A DNA stretch of 64,000 bases from Eledone cirrhosa. Taxonomy: Eukaryota. The position numbers were made by a program, and so were the translations under genes. Of this stretch, positions 12,025 through 28,555 are shown piece by piece (position 1 is the first letter of the stretch; every line of letters starts with the position of its first letter). Under the pieces are notes generated by a model that made no database searches, was not told the DNA's origin, and worked only from the letters and a program-made list of their open reading frames with translations. The stretch covers positions 56,792,001 through 56,856,000 of the forward strand of contig OZ024748.1 of the NCBI GenBank assembly GCA_964016885.1, in the 5' to 3' direction.

Positions 12025-12632
12025 CATAGATACATACACGCTTTACACACATATATATATATACATATACATAGATACATGTTTTATATATTCATGTTTT
12101 TTGTTTATATACATGCAGACATATATATATATATATATATGCATATTATATGCGTGTTTCTATAGGGAAAATATGGATAAAGAGGGTGGTATCTAAATAT
12201 TGATCGTTGTTTTGTTTGAAGGCAACATTAGTTCAAGTTGTATAAAGGACAGTCAGACTTTTGATACATGAGACATAGGACAAAGTTGGGGGAGGTGCAG
12301 GTCATATAACAGGGGAAAGTGACAAACAGAAACAGGGTGAAAAGGAGAGAGAAAGGGTCATTAGCTAGCTGAAAAAATATGTGAGCAATGCTGAGTATAG
12401 CAGAAAAAATCAGCAAGCTACAGCGTCTATCTCCAACACCACTACACGCAAGGCCACCATAAACAGCACGATATTACTACAAGCACAGATACATGTAAAT
12501 GCACATTTATACATATAGCCAACTCCATACACACATATGCACGCCCATAGACACACAAAATCATACATACTCACACATGCACATATACGCACATACACAC
12601 ATATATATATATGTCTGTGTGTATATATATAT

Positions 12633-12674
<42 letters not shown>

Positions 12675-12729
12675 GGAGAGAGACAGAGAATTGTTTATAT
12701 ATATGTATGTATATCTAGATTGATATAGA

Positions 12730-12781
12730 AATGGTTTCTACAGGATTAGAAGTCTTTCATTCAAAAGAAACCACCAGAAAC
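12730..12781 (-). mobile_element. degenerate short copy of family D (43094 element)
   Basis: TTCTACAGGATTAGAAGTCTTTCATTC...GAAACCACCAG aligns with 43113-43153. The core is mutated. Confidence 0.55.
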
Positions 12782-12850
<69 letters not shown>

Positions 12851-13315
12851 TACGATAGTAAACAAATGGAAACTATATTTATAAAACCATATTTATTTCA
12901 TTATACATATTTCAGGGATACCATATTAAAAATATGGCATGCCTTCGTCAGATAAAATACAATATATAAACTGTTTTATAAATAATTTTGACGTACCATA
13001 AATATAAGCCTCCATTAAGGTAGGAAGCTGAAAGGGAGGTCATATAACTGTCCATGCATTAATAAATTGCTCCGAAGAATCCAAACCTCGGTTTGGAGGA
13101 AACAGCTGTAAGCACAATAATGTTTTGAACAGTTCTTTGATTCTTATATTTCATATAACTGCTCTGTAAATCATCTGATGTTTTTACATTGAGCTACTTA
13201 ACTTACTGGTAATAAGGTAGTAATACAATACTGCCTACCACTATTTAGGGTGTGTGTAAAATACTTACAACAGCTTAAGGTCTTGTGTTTACATAACCAT
13301 AAAAAGTATAACAAA

Positions 13316-13317
<2 letters not shown>
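12851..13317 (-). mobile_element. family C Penelope-like terminal fragment, unfolded copy
   Basis: 12851-13021 is near-identical to the left arm of the 62906-63243 palindrome, then continues as unique sequence. Flanked by (TA)n. Confidence 0.75.
12894..12959 (-). ncRNA. type I hammerhead ribozyme (family C)
   Basis: The reverse complement is identical to 63135-63200. Confidence 0.75.
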
Positions 13318-13375
<58 letters not shown>

Positions 13376-13434
13376 ATATATATATATATATATATATATA
13401 TCTATATACATATATATATATATCTATATACATA

Positions 13435-13492
<58 letters not shown>

Positions 13493-13761
13493 CATATATA
13501 TATATGTGTATATATATATATACATATATATATATATACATATATATAGATATATATATATAGATATATATATACATATATATATATACATATATATATA
13601 TGTGTATATATATATATATATATACACATATATATATGTGTATATATATATATATACACATATATATATATATGTGTATATATATATATATATATATACA
13701 CATATATATATATATGTGTATATATATATATATATATACACATATATATATATGTGTGTAC

Positions 13762-13848
<87 letters not shown>

Positions 13849-13874
13849 CACATATATGTATATATATATACACA

Positions 13875-13936
<62 letters not shown>

Positions 13937-13949
13937 CATATATATATAC

Positions 13950-14010
<61 letters not shown>

Positions 14011-14023
14011 CATATATATATAC

Positions 14024-14086
<63 letters not shown>

Positions 14087-14129
14087 CATATATATATATA
14101 CATATATATATATACATATATATATATAC

Positions 14130-14174
<45 letters not shown>

Positions 14175-14189
14175 CATATATATATATAC

Positions 14190-14266
<77 letters not shown>

Positions 14267-14267
14267 C

Positions 14268-14334
<67 letters not shown>

Positions 14335-14458
14335 CATATATATATATACATATATATATATACATATATATATATACATATATATATATACATATATATA
14401 TATATACATATATATATATACATATATATACATATACATATATATATATATACATATA

Positions 14459-14508
<50 letters not shown>

Positions 14509-14692
14509 TATATATACATTCATCTATATATATATATATGTGAATGCATATGAATATATATATATATATTCATATATATATGTACACATATATATATACA
14601 TTCATCTATATATATATATATATATATATATATGTGAATGCATATGAATATATATATATATATTCATATATATATGTACACATATATACATT

Positions 14693-14736
<44 letters not shown>

Positions 14737-14779
14737 TATATATATATATATTCATATATATATATGTACACACACACAT

Positions 14780-14838
<59 letters not shown>
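13318..14838. repeat. long interrupted (TA)n/(TACA) satellite
   Basis: Read directly. Includes an internal duplication of about 80 bp at about 14500-14690. Confidence 0.95.
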
Positions 14839-14840
<2 letters not shown>

Positions 14841-14892
14841 GACCCTCCCAAAGTATAACAATATACACATATATATATTTAATTATATTCAT

Positions 14893-14924
<32 letters not shown>

Positions 14925-14990
14925 TTATATATACCTCTAACTGGATTACCTATAACGATAACTTGTTATCCCATATATATATATATATAT

Positions 14991-15041
<51 letters not shown>

Positions 15042-16477
15042 GATTGAAAGTGGGGTGTGGTATAGTTTTGGAACAATCCCCATATCTAGCTAGATTCATA
15101 CAGATTGATAGGTAAGGGTGTAATGTACGCCTAATGATATACTATCTAATTATTGAGAGCAAGGGTATACGCTGTTAGGTTGATTGCGGGTTTTGACACT
15201 TCCATCTCGTATGTATTTTCAACAACAATTTGTTTGTTTGTTTTGTTTTGTTTTTTTTAATTCTAAAGTGGCTCAGAAAGCTTTAATGGGAAGTAACCGA
15301 TGTTATTACAAGAATGTATGAGAAGAGAGTCTAGTCATCGTTGGTTCGGTGTGTCGTGTAATCATAGTGATTTCAATCTTCGGCAAAAGTTAAGGTATTG
15401 CTTTTTGTTTTGCTTTTCTCATTTTGCAGCTCAATGTCAGCCAAGATCTAGCAGAGATATAATCCAAATTCTTCCAATTGTGAACATTATATTATTGTTG
15501 TTTGTTTCTTTCTGGGCTGTAGAATACCTAATTCAAAGCGTCCTTCATTTCTTACCGTTGATGGACCTTAACTTAGTCTCGACTTCAAGGTAAAGTTATG
15601 ATACTAACTGATTCTCTTGTAGTTTAACATTTTGAATTTTTTAATTGCCTGCAGGTGTTCCGTTAATCTTATCAGAGAAGTGTGTTTCTAGCATATATTC
15701 TGAAACACGATTTTGGTTATTTTCTGATTGGAAATGGTTTATTTTTTGAGTAAACATGTTTGAGTAAACATGTTTAGATTTTATCAGCTCCGACTGGTGA
15801 TTTGTAAATGAAGTTCAACATGATTAGAGTGACCACACGCTTATAAGTGTATAAGAACACGTGTTGAAGATAATTATTTGCCCTAGCTTAACGAAAGCCA
15901 GATTCCTATGTACAGCATGCTCTTCCAGACGCCCGAGAGAGGGCACCATTTACTTTCATACATACTACAATCATCCGTCATCCTTAATTAGCTAAATACC
16001 ATTAAGTATATCGGTACATTTGAAATCAAGAAAATCCGGAAACAAGTACACCTCTTGTGCAAAGTTCAGTGGCATTTGCAATAAAGAATACCACTTACTC
16101 CTCACGAAAAAATCAAACAGACATTTTGAACAGTAGATATTAAAACATTTCTACATTTAATGATTTTAATTTTCATACCCCAACAATGCTCTCATACCTT
16201 TAAACGTAAACATCCGAAAAGATGGTAGAAAGCCGTCTCATACAGAAAACTAGCCACAAATGACCATTTCAACAAACCACACTGTTAATGACTAACATAG
16301 ACTTGGTGTACCACACAGCCACCTTGCCACGCCTGAATATTTTTCTTCATTATGATATCCGAAACTCTGAGTTTATAATGGTGTAATCTGCAATTATAAA
16401 CAAATATCTAACATTTACACGCTGTCAAATATATTGAATCCTGATGTTTACCATATCGTTACTGTGTACCCCAAACA

Positions 16478-16515
<38 letters not shown>

Positions 16516-16543
16516 GTGTGTGTGTGTGTGTGTATGTATGTAT

Positions 16544-17451
16544 CTCTTTCTCTTAATTTTGAGTATATTTTTTTGACCGGCCACCTTTCTGGTGGCAAGG
16601 TTGTAAAAGAAAAGAAATTGTAACCCCTTGAATCGCAAGAATGTTTTGCAAATTTTTAAGGTGCCAGCTATCGCAGCCATTTGTAGACTATGTTTTAGTG
16701 AGCTGCGCTTTTTGTCCGCAAATCGAAGTTCAGTCATACTTTGGTCCAAGCGGGTCGGTATATAAATCGTTGCTCCAATAATGATGGGTATGAAGCTAAA
16801 GGTGTATCTTGGATACTGGATTTGTAAACTCCTCATAAATGGTCCGTAGATCTCCTAATACTCCTGTATATTTCTGACAACGTTTACATCAAGTGGGCAG
16901 CTGATCTCCACAACAGAACAACAATATCAGGCCGGTTGTGCTTTAATTTGGTGGCAGTTTTTATTTTCAGGTTCCACCAGTATTCCTTAGTGCCATCTGT
17001 CTTAATATATTCTTCCTCGTTTGTTGTTAATTTTGTTTTCCGAAGTGCGTTCCAGAGGTTCTAGCTATCCCATCGTGTCTCATGGGGAGGTAGTAGCGAC
17101 ATGACATTCTGTCGCAGCTGGCAACAATGTGGCTTACATCCTCGATCTTTGTTTTACATAGCCTACATTTATTGTCAGCTGATGGCCCTCCCCTTTGTGC
17201 AGCAGATATTTGGTAGTGAGTTCCTGGTCCTGTATTGCATAGAGATATCCCTCAAGGTATAATGTCATAAACTTGTCGGAACTCCATGCCAGGCTTTTTG
17301 AGTGGTTTATCCCCTCTATCGTCTGTGTTTTACATCTCAAGTATCCATGCACAACTTTTTCTGTAAATTGGTCAATTTTTTCATCTTGTTTGAACTTTCA
17401 ATAGGATCTTCCTATTTCTCTGGGTGAGAGATTTATATCAGGCTTTATTCC
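16544..17451 (-). mobile_element. 5'-truncated, frameshifted R4/Dong-like non-LTR retrotransposon (thumb/linker, CCHC knuckle, restriction-like endonuclease)
   Basis: Minus-frame peptides: MHGY...EGYLYAIQDQELTTKY; SHIVASC...YYLPMRHD; EYWWNLKIKTATKLKHNRPDIVV; VEISCPLDVNV; FIPIIIGAT...GTLKICKTFL. Confidence 0.85.
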
Positions 17452-17484
<33 letters not shown>

Positions 17485-17521
17485 TGTATGTATGTATGTA
17501 TGTATGTATGTATGTATGTAT

Positions 17522-17853
17522 GATGGTATCCAATGATGTTGACTTGTTCTTCTTGTTGGTAAATATCATCTTGGTCAAGAGAGTGGGACTGGCTTTGTGC
17601 AGTGCCTTTGCTCACTATAAAAGCTTCACGGCACATACATTGCTTTATATATGGAGATCTGTCTGCACTTGTCGTCAAATGGTAACATGGGCCCAGCACT
17701 ATGTGTCAATAATTGTCACAAGTGTAGTGTTTGTACCATAGTTTTCAAGTCGCTGTTTGGACTAAAATGTCACACTTGTTCAGCGCATCGGTAGGGGTTC
17801 CCCTACATGGATATAAAGTAGTGGCCGTACTCGAAAACGAGTTGGCAGCCACC
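17522..17853 (+). mobile_element. RTE-clade LINE 3' end with C2H2-like finger and (ATGT)n tail
   Basis: 17714-17794 translates CHKCSVCTIVFKSLFGLKCHTCSAHR*. The 3' UTR contains the hairpin ACTCG-AAAA-CGAGT just before the repeat tail. Confidence 0.65.
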
Positions 17854-17870
17854 ATGTATGTATGTATATA

Positions 17871-17980
17871 AAAGGTAAACAGAAATAACAACACAATCAG
17901 TATATGGAAGGAATATATTTGGTTAACGCTTGAAATAGCAGGAAGAGTGTCTTAACGTTTCGGACGCTAATCCTTCATCG
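17871..17980 (-). mobile_element. family E Penelope-like terminus with broken HHR core
   Basis: Homologous to 46326-46445. TCATCAG is changed to TCATCGC. Confidence 0.7.
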
Positions 17981-18805
17981 CCATCTCAACCACAAGTTCC
18001 AGACGTAATCTGGAATAATTGTTGAAACGGGAAGAGCTCAGCCGTCAGATGGGTAATGACTCATTATAATATAGCTATATTCTACTGCACCAAGTATCGA
18101 ATACTCTGTTGAGCTTTGGTCTAAATAGTTTTAAACTGGTTCTATTCTGATACACACACACACCCTCACACACACATATATATATATATATATTCGTGTG
18201 ACTGCATGGGTGTGTATGTATAGGTAATTACGATATGTGTAAGGGTTATCCCTTCTCACAAAATGTCAGCTAACTCTATCAGCGACCTCTACACCACAAA
18301 TGTAGATCCCTCCCCCTTGTTTGCTTGATTATATTTCATTTCTGATTTCATTTATGTATATATATATATTTTTCTCAATATATTTATTGATTATTATTTG
18401 TGCTTTGTTTTGCTGTTGTATTAGTGTTCGTGTTCGAGTGTGCTGGTCATAACCCCACCACATTTCTTCTTATATATTCTGCGCTCTTTGTTCCAACGTG
18501 TTTTAAGTTTCTAACCCTTTTCTATGTTTTTCTCTTTTTCTTTTGTGTTACTATTTGCTTGTTTTCTTATATTTTTCCTCGGTATTTTTATTTCTTATTT
18601 TTCATCAAATCATAGGGCAGATATGTGATGTTAGAGCGAGTAAGAAAAATAATGATGGATGGAAAAATATATACTACTGAGAGAGAGAGAGAAACGAGTA
18701 AGGGTGATGGTGACAGACATACAGACGTGCATGGGGGCAGGGGACACGGAAAGAAAGAGAGGCGGGGGGTGTCTCCTTTATATGAATAATTGTCCGTCTG
18801 AATAT

Positions 18806-18849
<44 letters not shown>

Positions 18850-19852
18850 TTGTATATTTCTATATATTTATGTGTATATATATACTTGTGTATATATGTG
18901 TATATATATATGTGTGTGTGTGTATATATATATTTGTATATTTATATATATGTGTATATATATATATATACATATATATGTTATATATATTTGTATATTT
19001 ATTTATCTATATAATTGTGTGTCTGTGTGTATGTGTGGAGTGAGCGCTATGGGAATGACAGTTTGGGAGGAATAAGCAGAATGGACAAGGAGCAGTGAAG
19101 ATGTAGAGACAATGTACAGGGACATAGCAATTCAGACATAAATATGGAACTGGGACAAAATTACTAGAAACATCAATAAAATATAGACATATGGATACTA
19201 TGGAACGTTAAGAGGAAGAAAGAGAGGCACAGGGAATGGGAAAGCAGAAGTAATGAAGAATGGATAAGGGGGGAGTGGGGGTATATCAGAGACGTGATAT
19301 AATGAATAAAAGAGAGGCGGAGAAATATAATAAATAAAATAAAGACGGATAACAGAAACTAGAGTGAGAGGGTGATAGGAAGAAACAAAGAATGAAAGAG
19401 AGAAACACGAGAGCAAGAGAGAGTGAGAGAGAGAGGAGGGAGCAGGTGATAATTTGAGATGGAGAATGTGGAAGATTGTGAAAAAATTATTTTTATGTAG
19501 GTAGACTGAAAAATACTTTCCAACATTTTGAAACTAAATCTTAAAAGGTACCGATGAAGGTATTTGTGAGTTAGTGAAATCGTTAAGAAATGTGTTTCAC
19601 AATCATATGTTCCCGGGTTTGATCTCATGGCGTGCCAAATAAGAGGACAACATTCTGAGATATCCTTTTGTTATTGCAATCTTTATTAGAGAAATAGTGT
19701 AGACAATATATATATATATATGTCTGTGTGTGTGTTTGTGTTGAACAATGAATCAAACCCTTTTCACCATATTTCACAGAGATATTCATATCCGCGATAT
19801 ATGGTGTTCTCGTAGTGTTATTGGTCCTAACGTAGAGAGGTGTATGTACATA

Positions 19853-19920
<68 letters not shown>

Positions 19921-20023
19921 ATTACGTTAAGTTACTTACATTCTATAGACATAATAGCGATCAAATCTAGTTCTTGCAAGAAAGTAAATTAGAGTGCAAG
20001 GTATATAAACGTATGACAGCAAC

Positions 20024-20065
<42 letters not shown>

Positions 20066-20917
20066 GAGGTTTCGTAACGCCTACGTGTCCGTCAGTAGGT
20101 GGAAGGTAAAGAAAACAGCAAAATGTAAAAATTTGGGCAAATATATATAGTATGTCATATGATATAAAGTGTTGTGCATAGTTTTATAGGCGTCAGTGGG
20201 TGATATTGTGAACATTTATTAAAGTTCATTAGAAGGAATTCAGATATAAAGTGACCAACAGATTCAAACCTCTTCAGAATATTCATATAGAATTCGAGTT
20301 ATGTGCCGAATAATATTGAGATATTGTGTGAATTTCGTTGTTTTTTATATTCTTACCCAAGTAAGATGTTGCAATGTGTTGAGTCATTTCTAAATAGTAT
20401 GATGCTACACAGAATTGACCAAGTAATAATAGTAGAATATCGTTTCTTTTTGCATTATTCCTTACAAATATCAAGAGTGCAGTGCTGTGAGTAAAGTTCT
20501 GCAAAAGTTTTTATTGTATATAATCAGATTTCCAATGAATGACATGGAATCTTTTTATTTTACTCCAGCCCAGAACGTTTACGCATAAAATAGTTTAACA
20601 ATCCAACGTGTAAATTTCTTGCACATGCACACATGTCTCTATATGTCAGTGTCTATAATTGTACGAAAATGCTTTGCAGATATGCTATATGGTGAGTATG
20701 CACTGGAGATATATTATGACTGTTTGATTGTCCTTTCTTGGAAAAAGTTAGTAGTTACAGTAAAGTTTTTAAAATATGTATTATATAGCGTTCCTTCTTG
20801 ACTTGATATCTGCTGCTTTTAGACATTATATAACGCTGAGAATAGTTGAAATCTTTATATTTCACACTTGATTCTTTTCTCTGCCAAGTTTTCTATATCG
20901 ACATCAGTAATTCTATC

Positions 20918-21132
20918 TACGAGCGTCGACTGTAAATATTAAAGTTCATGCGCTGAAATGTTCATAGGTTGACCAAGATACTCTCATGGAATGATTAAAC
21001 GAGGTTTATTGTTCAATATAGTCATTGGAAAGAAACAATGCAGTTATTACTAAGAAGAGTTAAAATTAATACATGCAAGATTTCACAGCTCTAGCATCAA
21101 TCAGACTATGAACTTTTTAGCCCACCCGTGTA
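20918..21132. mobile_element. Tc1/mariner-type MITE, empty decayed copy
   Basis: TACGAGCGTCGACTG...CTATGAACTTTTTAGCCCACCCGTGTA. Collinear with 43761-44148 once the nested SINE is removed. Confidence 0.65.
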
Positions 21133-21508
21133 TATTAAGCTTACTAAAACATTATTCATGTATATTACCTGTTCTTTCATGGATGTTTTCAGTTATTTAA
21201 TTGTACTGATAAATGTATGCGCGTGTTGCAATTTACATTGGACATTGCAGGTATATTTTATATTCGCTATAGAGTTGCTATAGCAATATTTTTCCGTACC
21301 CGGAAGGATACGTTTAATTATTCTCCAATGTGAACCCAATTATATCTCGAATGCGTAAGAATAATTTCATCTTTTTTGTTGTTTTCGTGTGTAAGTGTAT
21401 AGAGCAATGATTAAACATGTTTACACTTTATCATTTTTTCTCTTCCCAGCGAATCCTCTGTATTCAGAATTGTAAGATATTGCTACCTTAAACTTACCTT
21501 AAACTCTT

Positions 21509-21546
<38 letters not shown>

Positions 21547-21760
21547 GTGTATATATATATGCATATATATGTATATATATGTATATATATGTATATATAT
21601 ATATATGTATATATCTGTATATATATATATGTATACATATACAAATATATATATATATACATATATATCTTTAGAAATATACATATATATATATGTATAT
21701 TTATATATATATATATATATAAATATATAAATATATATATATACATATATATATATATAA

Positions 21761-21792
<32 letters not shown>

Positions 21793-21797
21793 TTATT

Positions 21798-21838
<41 letters not shown>

Positions 21839-21843
<5 letters not shown>

Positions 21844-22030
21844 AACAAGTAAGACCCCGACGGCTGAGCTCAAGCCGTTTCGACGGCTAATTCTGCCCAG
21901 AATTAGCCGTCGAAACGGCTTGAGCTCAGCCGTCGGGGTCTTACTTGTTCCTATTACCCACTCTACTACCCTAAGTATTGAGTACTTTGGTGCGTTATGG
22001 TCCACCTGGTTCCTTACCACATTTCCTTCG

Positions 22031-22032
<2 letters not shown>
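21839..22032 (+). mobile_element. fold-back family A element A2: perfect 57-bp-arm palindrome (21839-21954) plus 78-nt tail, in (TA)n
   Basis: The arms are exact reverse complements around a CC loop. The right arm carries the HHR 3' half GAAACGGCU-loop-AGCCGUC-GGGGUC. Confidence 0.85.
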
Positions 22033-24395
<2,363 letters not shown>

Positions 24396-25210
24396 GAGAG
24401 GTGGAGAAGGAGAGGAAGAGATTAATACATATATCCAAGTGTATGTGTGAGTATGTATTTATGTGTGTATATGTGCTTGCAGAGAGAGGAAGGGAGAGAG
24501 TGGTGAAGAAAAAAGAAAAAGAGATAGATAGGGAATAGAAACGAGCCTGTAATTTTGCGAGACGATCACACATTCGCAAGAATGTCCTTCGAGGAAATCT
24601 TGTATTAATACTGTTAAAGTATCATAATCATATATTTTTCAGGTAACATTAACTATTTAACTCATTGCCTTCGGTGCCGCCTTCATACAAATCTCTTCCA
24701 TAATAATACAGCAAAATATATTGGCTGAAGCTATTAAAGATTTGGGAAACATCTAACTGATCTTGCTAGCATAACAGTATTATAATATGGAGATAATCCC
24801 AAGGCAAGCTAAAAGAGATTTGAAATTAAGTAACTACAAAATGCCAAATAACAGTTCAGCTCGGTATCCACTCAGTGCAATATTATCGTATTTAGATCAG
24901 GAGAATTCCTTCCTTAAGTGAATTCTTGTAAGAAAGAAATTATTAAGAAGTTTATGTGTGTGTGTATGTATGTGTGTATTTAATATTCTGACAATATATA
25001 CTGCCGAAAAGAAGTGAGAAAGTTTCAACCCACTTTGTAAATGTATAGCTTAGCTTCAGTTTATGTGCGTGTATGAAATATTGCAGATAATTATGGAGTT
25101 TACATGTAAAATCTTAAGCTAATTCATCATCGGACACAGCTTCATTGGCGATATAATTCATATACAATACTACTGCTGTTACTATCACTATGAATGGGGC
25201 GCTATGTTAT

Positions 25211-25211
<1 letters not shown>

Positions 25212-25266
<55 letters not shown>

Positions 25267-25373
25267 GTTGCTTCTGCTGCTAATACTACTAATGATGCAG
25301 CTGCTTCTATTAATACTAATGTTAATGTTGCTACTGCTGCTGTTATTAGTGCTACTGTAGCTGATACAGTTGA

Positions 25374-25410
<37 letters not shown>

Positions 25411-25430
25411 GTTACTACTACTACTGCTGC
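25212..25430. repeat. (CTA)n/(CTG)n microsatellite
   Basis: Read directly. Confidence 0.9.
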
Positions 25431-25846
25431 TGATGATGATGCTACTATTTCTTATCTATTTGAAGAAACAACAGCAAATAAAAATGTAGTCAAATATATG
25501 AAACATATCAAATATAAGACATCCCTGCTACTCAGTAGTTATATATTACTTCAATATCCCGGCCAACAACAGTTTTAAATCCTGTCTATGTACAGAAAAA
25601 TAATGATGTTCTAAGATGCCTTTTATACATTTAACTTCTGTCATAGAAATCCAGAATTTAGATATATTTTTCCCTTTAAGATAAATAGTTTTGTAACAAG
25701 AGAAAGCGATATAATGTTATGATGAAGAGCCTCTTATTAAGACATATCTTAATATTACGATCAATTTCTTCAATGTCATTTTATTTTTACGATTTTGATA
25801 CACACATCTAAACAAACATACTCAGACATAATCAAAGACGGACGCA

Positions 25847-25976
<130 letters not shown>

Positions 25977-28315
25977 GACGCACGCACATGTATAAAACAA
26001 GTTGGACGAGCGAGCTATTCCTGCGTCGGTCATGATCGATACTGATTCTAGTTTGAGCTGATCGATCGCGAAACACGCGTCACACGTGAATAAACATAAT
26101 GATGCTATATATATATATACGTATATATATATATGTATATATATACATGTAAATGTGTGTATGTATATGTATAAACATATATATATATATATACTACATT
26201 TCCTAAAATCTAAATAGTGCAAATTAGGATTTATATTGTCTTTGTATGAATGGATGGTCTAATCCGACCATAGTTTAAAGACAAGAGGTAACATTTGCCC
26301 AGATCAAACATCATTGTATCAAATGGTAGAAACCATAGGTACAGATATTTGCACATTAGAAATTCAGCACAAGTCTGATTGCAAAAATTATGCCTCGTTA
26401 CGAACCCCTACCAAATATCCGTTAGTTTCATACATAATTACGTCATCCGTTCGATGGTTACGAGAGCACATAATTTTTTTTAATGTTGATAACTTAATCG
26501 AGGGAAATGATGTTATTAATAAAAAAAAAACAGTCTGATGTTTACGTCATTTATGTATGCTTACTCATATATTTTCATATATACATATACAAATATAAAT
26601 ATAAAATTATATGTTCATATGTAAACACACAAACAGGCACAAGCTTAATTAGAAATTCCGTTGAATATATAAGTACACAAATGCACGGACACATTCATAT
26701 GTAAAAATGTATGTGCGTGTACGTGTAACATTGTATGTGAATATGTAAACTTAAATATACACATGGACAAATACAAATACAGTCCCACATACACATACAT
26801 AGACACACACAAGAGTATATTTATACAAATGTGTGTTTGTGACTGTGTATATAGTGTGCCTCTATACGTTTGATTATGTAAGTTTAAACATTCATGTCCC
26901 TGCATAAATACAAACAGAATTACATACACACATACACTCACACTAATATACTTGCATACAAATAGAAGTTTGTGTGCGTGTCTGCGTAATTGTGTATATG
27001 AGTCTATGTAAGTTTGCATGTTACTAAGCAAGCTGCTATGCAGGAAAGTATAATATATATGCTAGCACAAAACTATTTTATCAATTAATCCGACGTTTAT
27101 TTCTCTTTGTTTCTTGCATTCCTTTCATCTCAAAATCCTAGCACTCTCCACCTCTTCCTATATTCCTATTCTCAGTTAGTCAATAATTGTACTATAGGTG
27201 AGTTAATCACAAACAGAGGTTTGTTCAGAATAGAAGTCGGTCATATTCGGCATTGCTATTGTTTCTATCAGGTTTATTATGACCTTAATGTGTAATGGCG
27301 TTCAAACGGACACGATCAACCATGTTGATTGCAATGAAAACAATCATGTTTGGAAGGATTTTTTGGTTTGTCTTTCTTTTATAGTTTTAGTTTTATTTGT
27401 TGCGCGCAGTTAATCGGAAGTGAGAGCTCAGATAATTAAGAATGTTGTTGATCGGATTTATAGACAACAGAGCAGTCGAGATTTTAAAATATTCATCGCA
27501 CATGCTGTAACGGTGCTGCTTCCGGTTAAAGTCCCTATCAGCATTTTATTTCATTCATTGTTACTAACGATACACTTGCTGCAACTAACTGTTCTTGTTG
27601 GTTAATTTTTCGCTGCTGCATCTGCTGCTACTAATACTATTGCTGTTGATGTAGATGCTGCAACTATTTCTCTACCTGTTACTGTTGTTTTATGTTTGCT
27701 CGTATCATTGTAGTTGTAATTTTTGTTGCTGTTGGTGTTGTTACAGTCGGTGTTAATATAGTTATTACCGTTGTTTTTTACGGTTGATTAATAGTACTAT
27801 AGTGTTACTATAACTGCGCTGTTACTAATTTACAATACTGATTGTTACTGCGTTTGCTCATGTTTTGTATTTTTGTGATTTTTTATTTAATATTTGAAAT
27901 AATATTTGTTTCGTTGTTGTGTTTATTGTTGCTGTTCACAATGATTTTCGCCCAGGATGTTAATAAATAAATAAAAAATAGTTTAAAATGTGCATTTTAA
28001 TAGTTATGATTCATGAATTACTCCACAGAATAAAAAAATAATACGAAACCGTTTTGATTTGGAAATAGAGCTGTTATTGATAGAATGTTGCTATACATGA
28101 AAAATCAGTGTGGTGCAACTGCAAGTAAACATATTGATAATTTGTCTAAAAGAGAGTCAGTTTGACCTGTTCAATGGTCACTATATACTTTACCAAAATA
28201 TATAGGCACGTAATTAAAATTGCATACTTTAACAGATTTTCACAATTTATTTTCTAAGGAACTAGACTGCCTATGATTTAAAAAAGATATATATATATAT
28301 ATATATTTATATATA

Positions 28316-28370
28316 TTTATTAAAATAACAGATTAAAGTTTAAGCAAATAATCGCTGCTTTCACCCTTAA
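28316..28370 (-). mobile_element. family B micro-fragment in (TA)n
   Basis: Near-identical to 5816-5870. Confidence 0.75.
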
Positions 28371-28555
28371 TATATATACTTAGATCAGTATTTTCCCGTG
28401 TTAATCTAGTAAGAAAATTGCTCAGCAAAGTAATCAATACGTTGGACTATATTAGAAAGAGTCGGGGCACGTTTCGACAGGCTAATTGCAGACTGTTCAA
28501 GAGATCAGGCGTCGAAGCCTGACACTCACTAACATATACATATATATTTATATAT

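Noticed and set aside
21839-21954. CRISPR repeat, miRNA gene or intrinsic terminator interpretation of the palindromes
   Set aside because: They are dispersed eukaryotic repeats with no spacer array or cas genes. Perfect long arms plus a constant tail fit a mobile element better.
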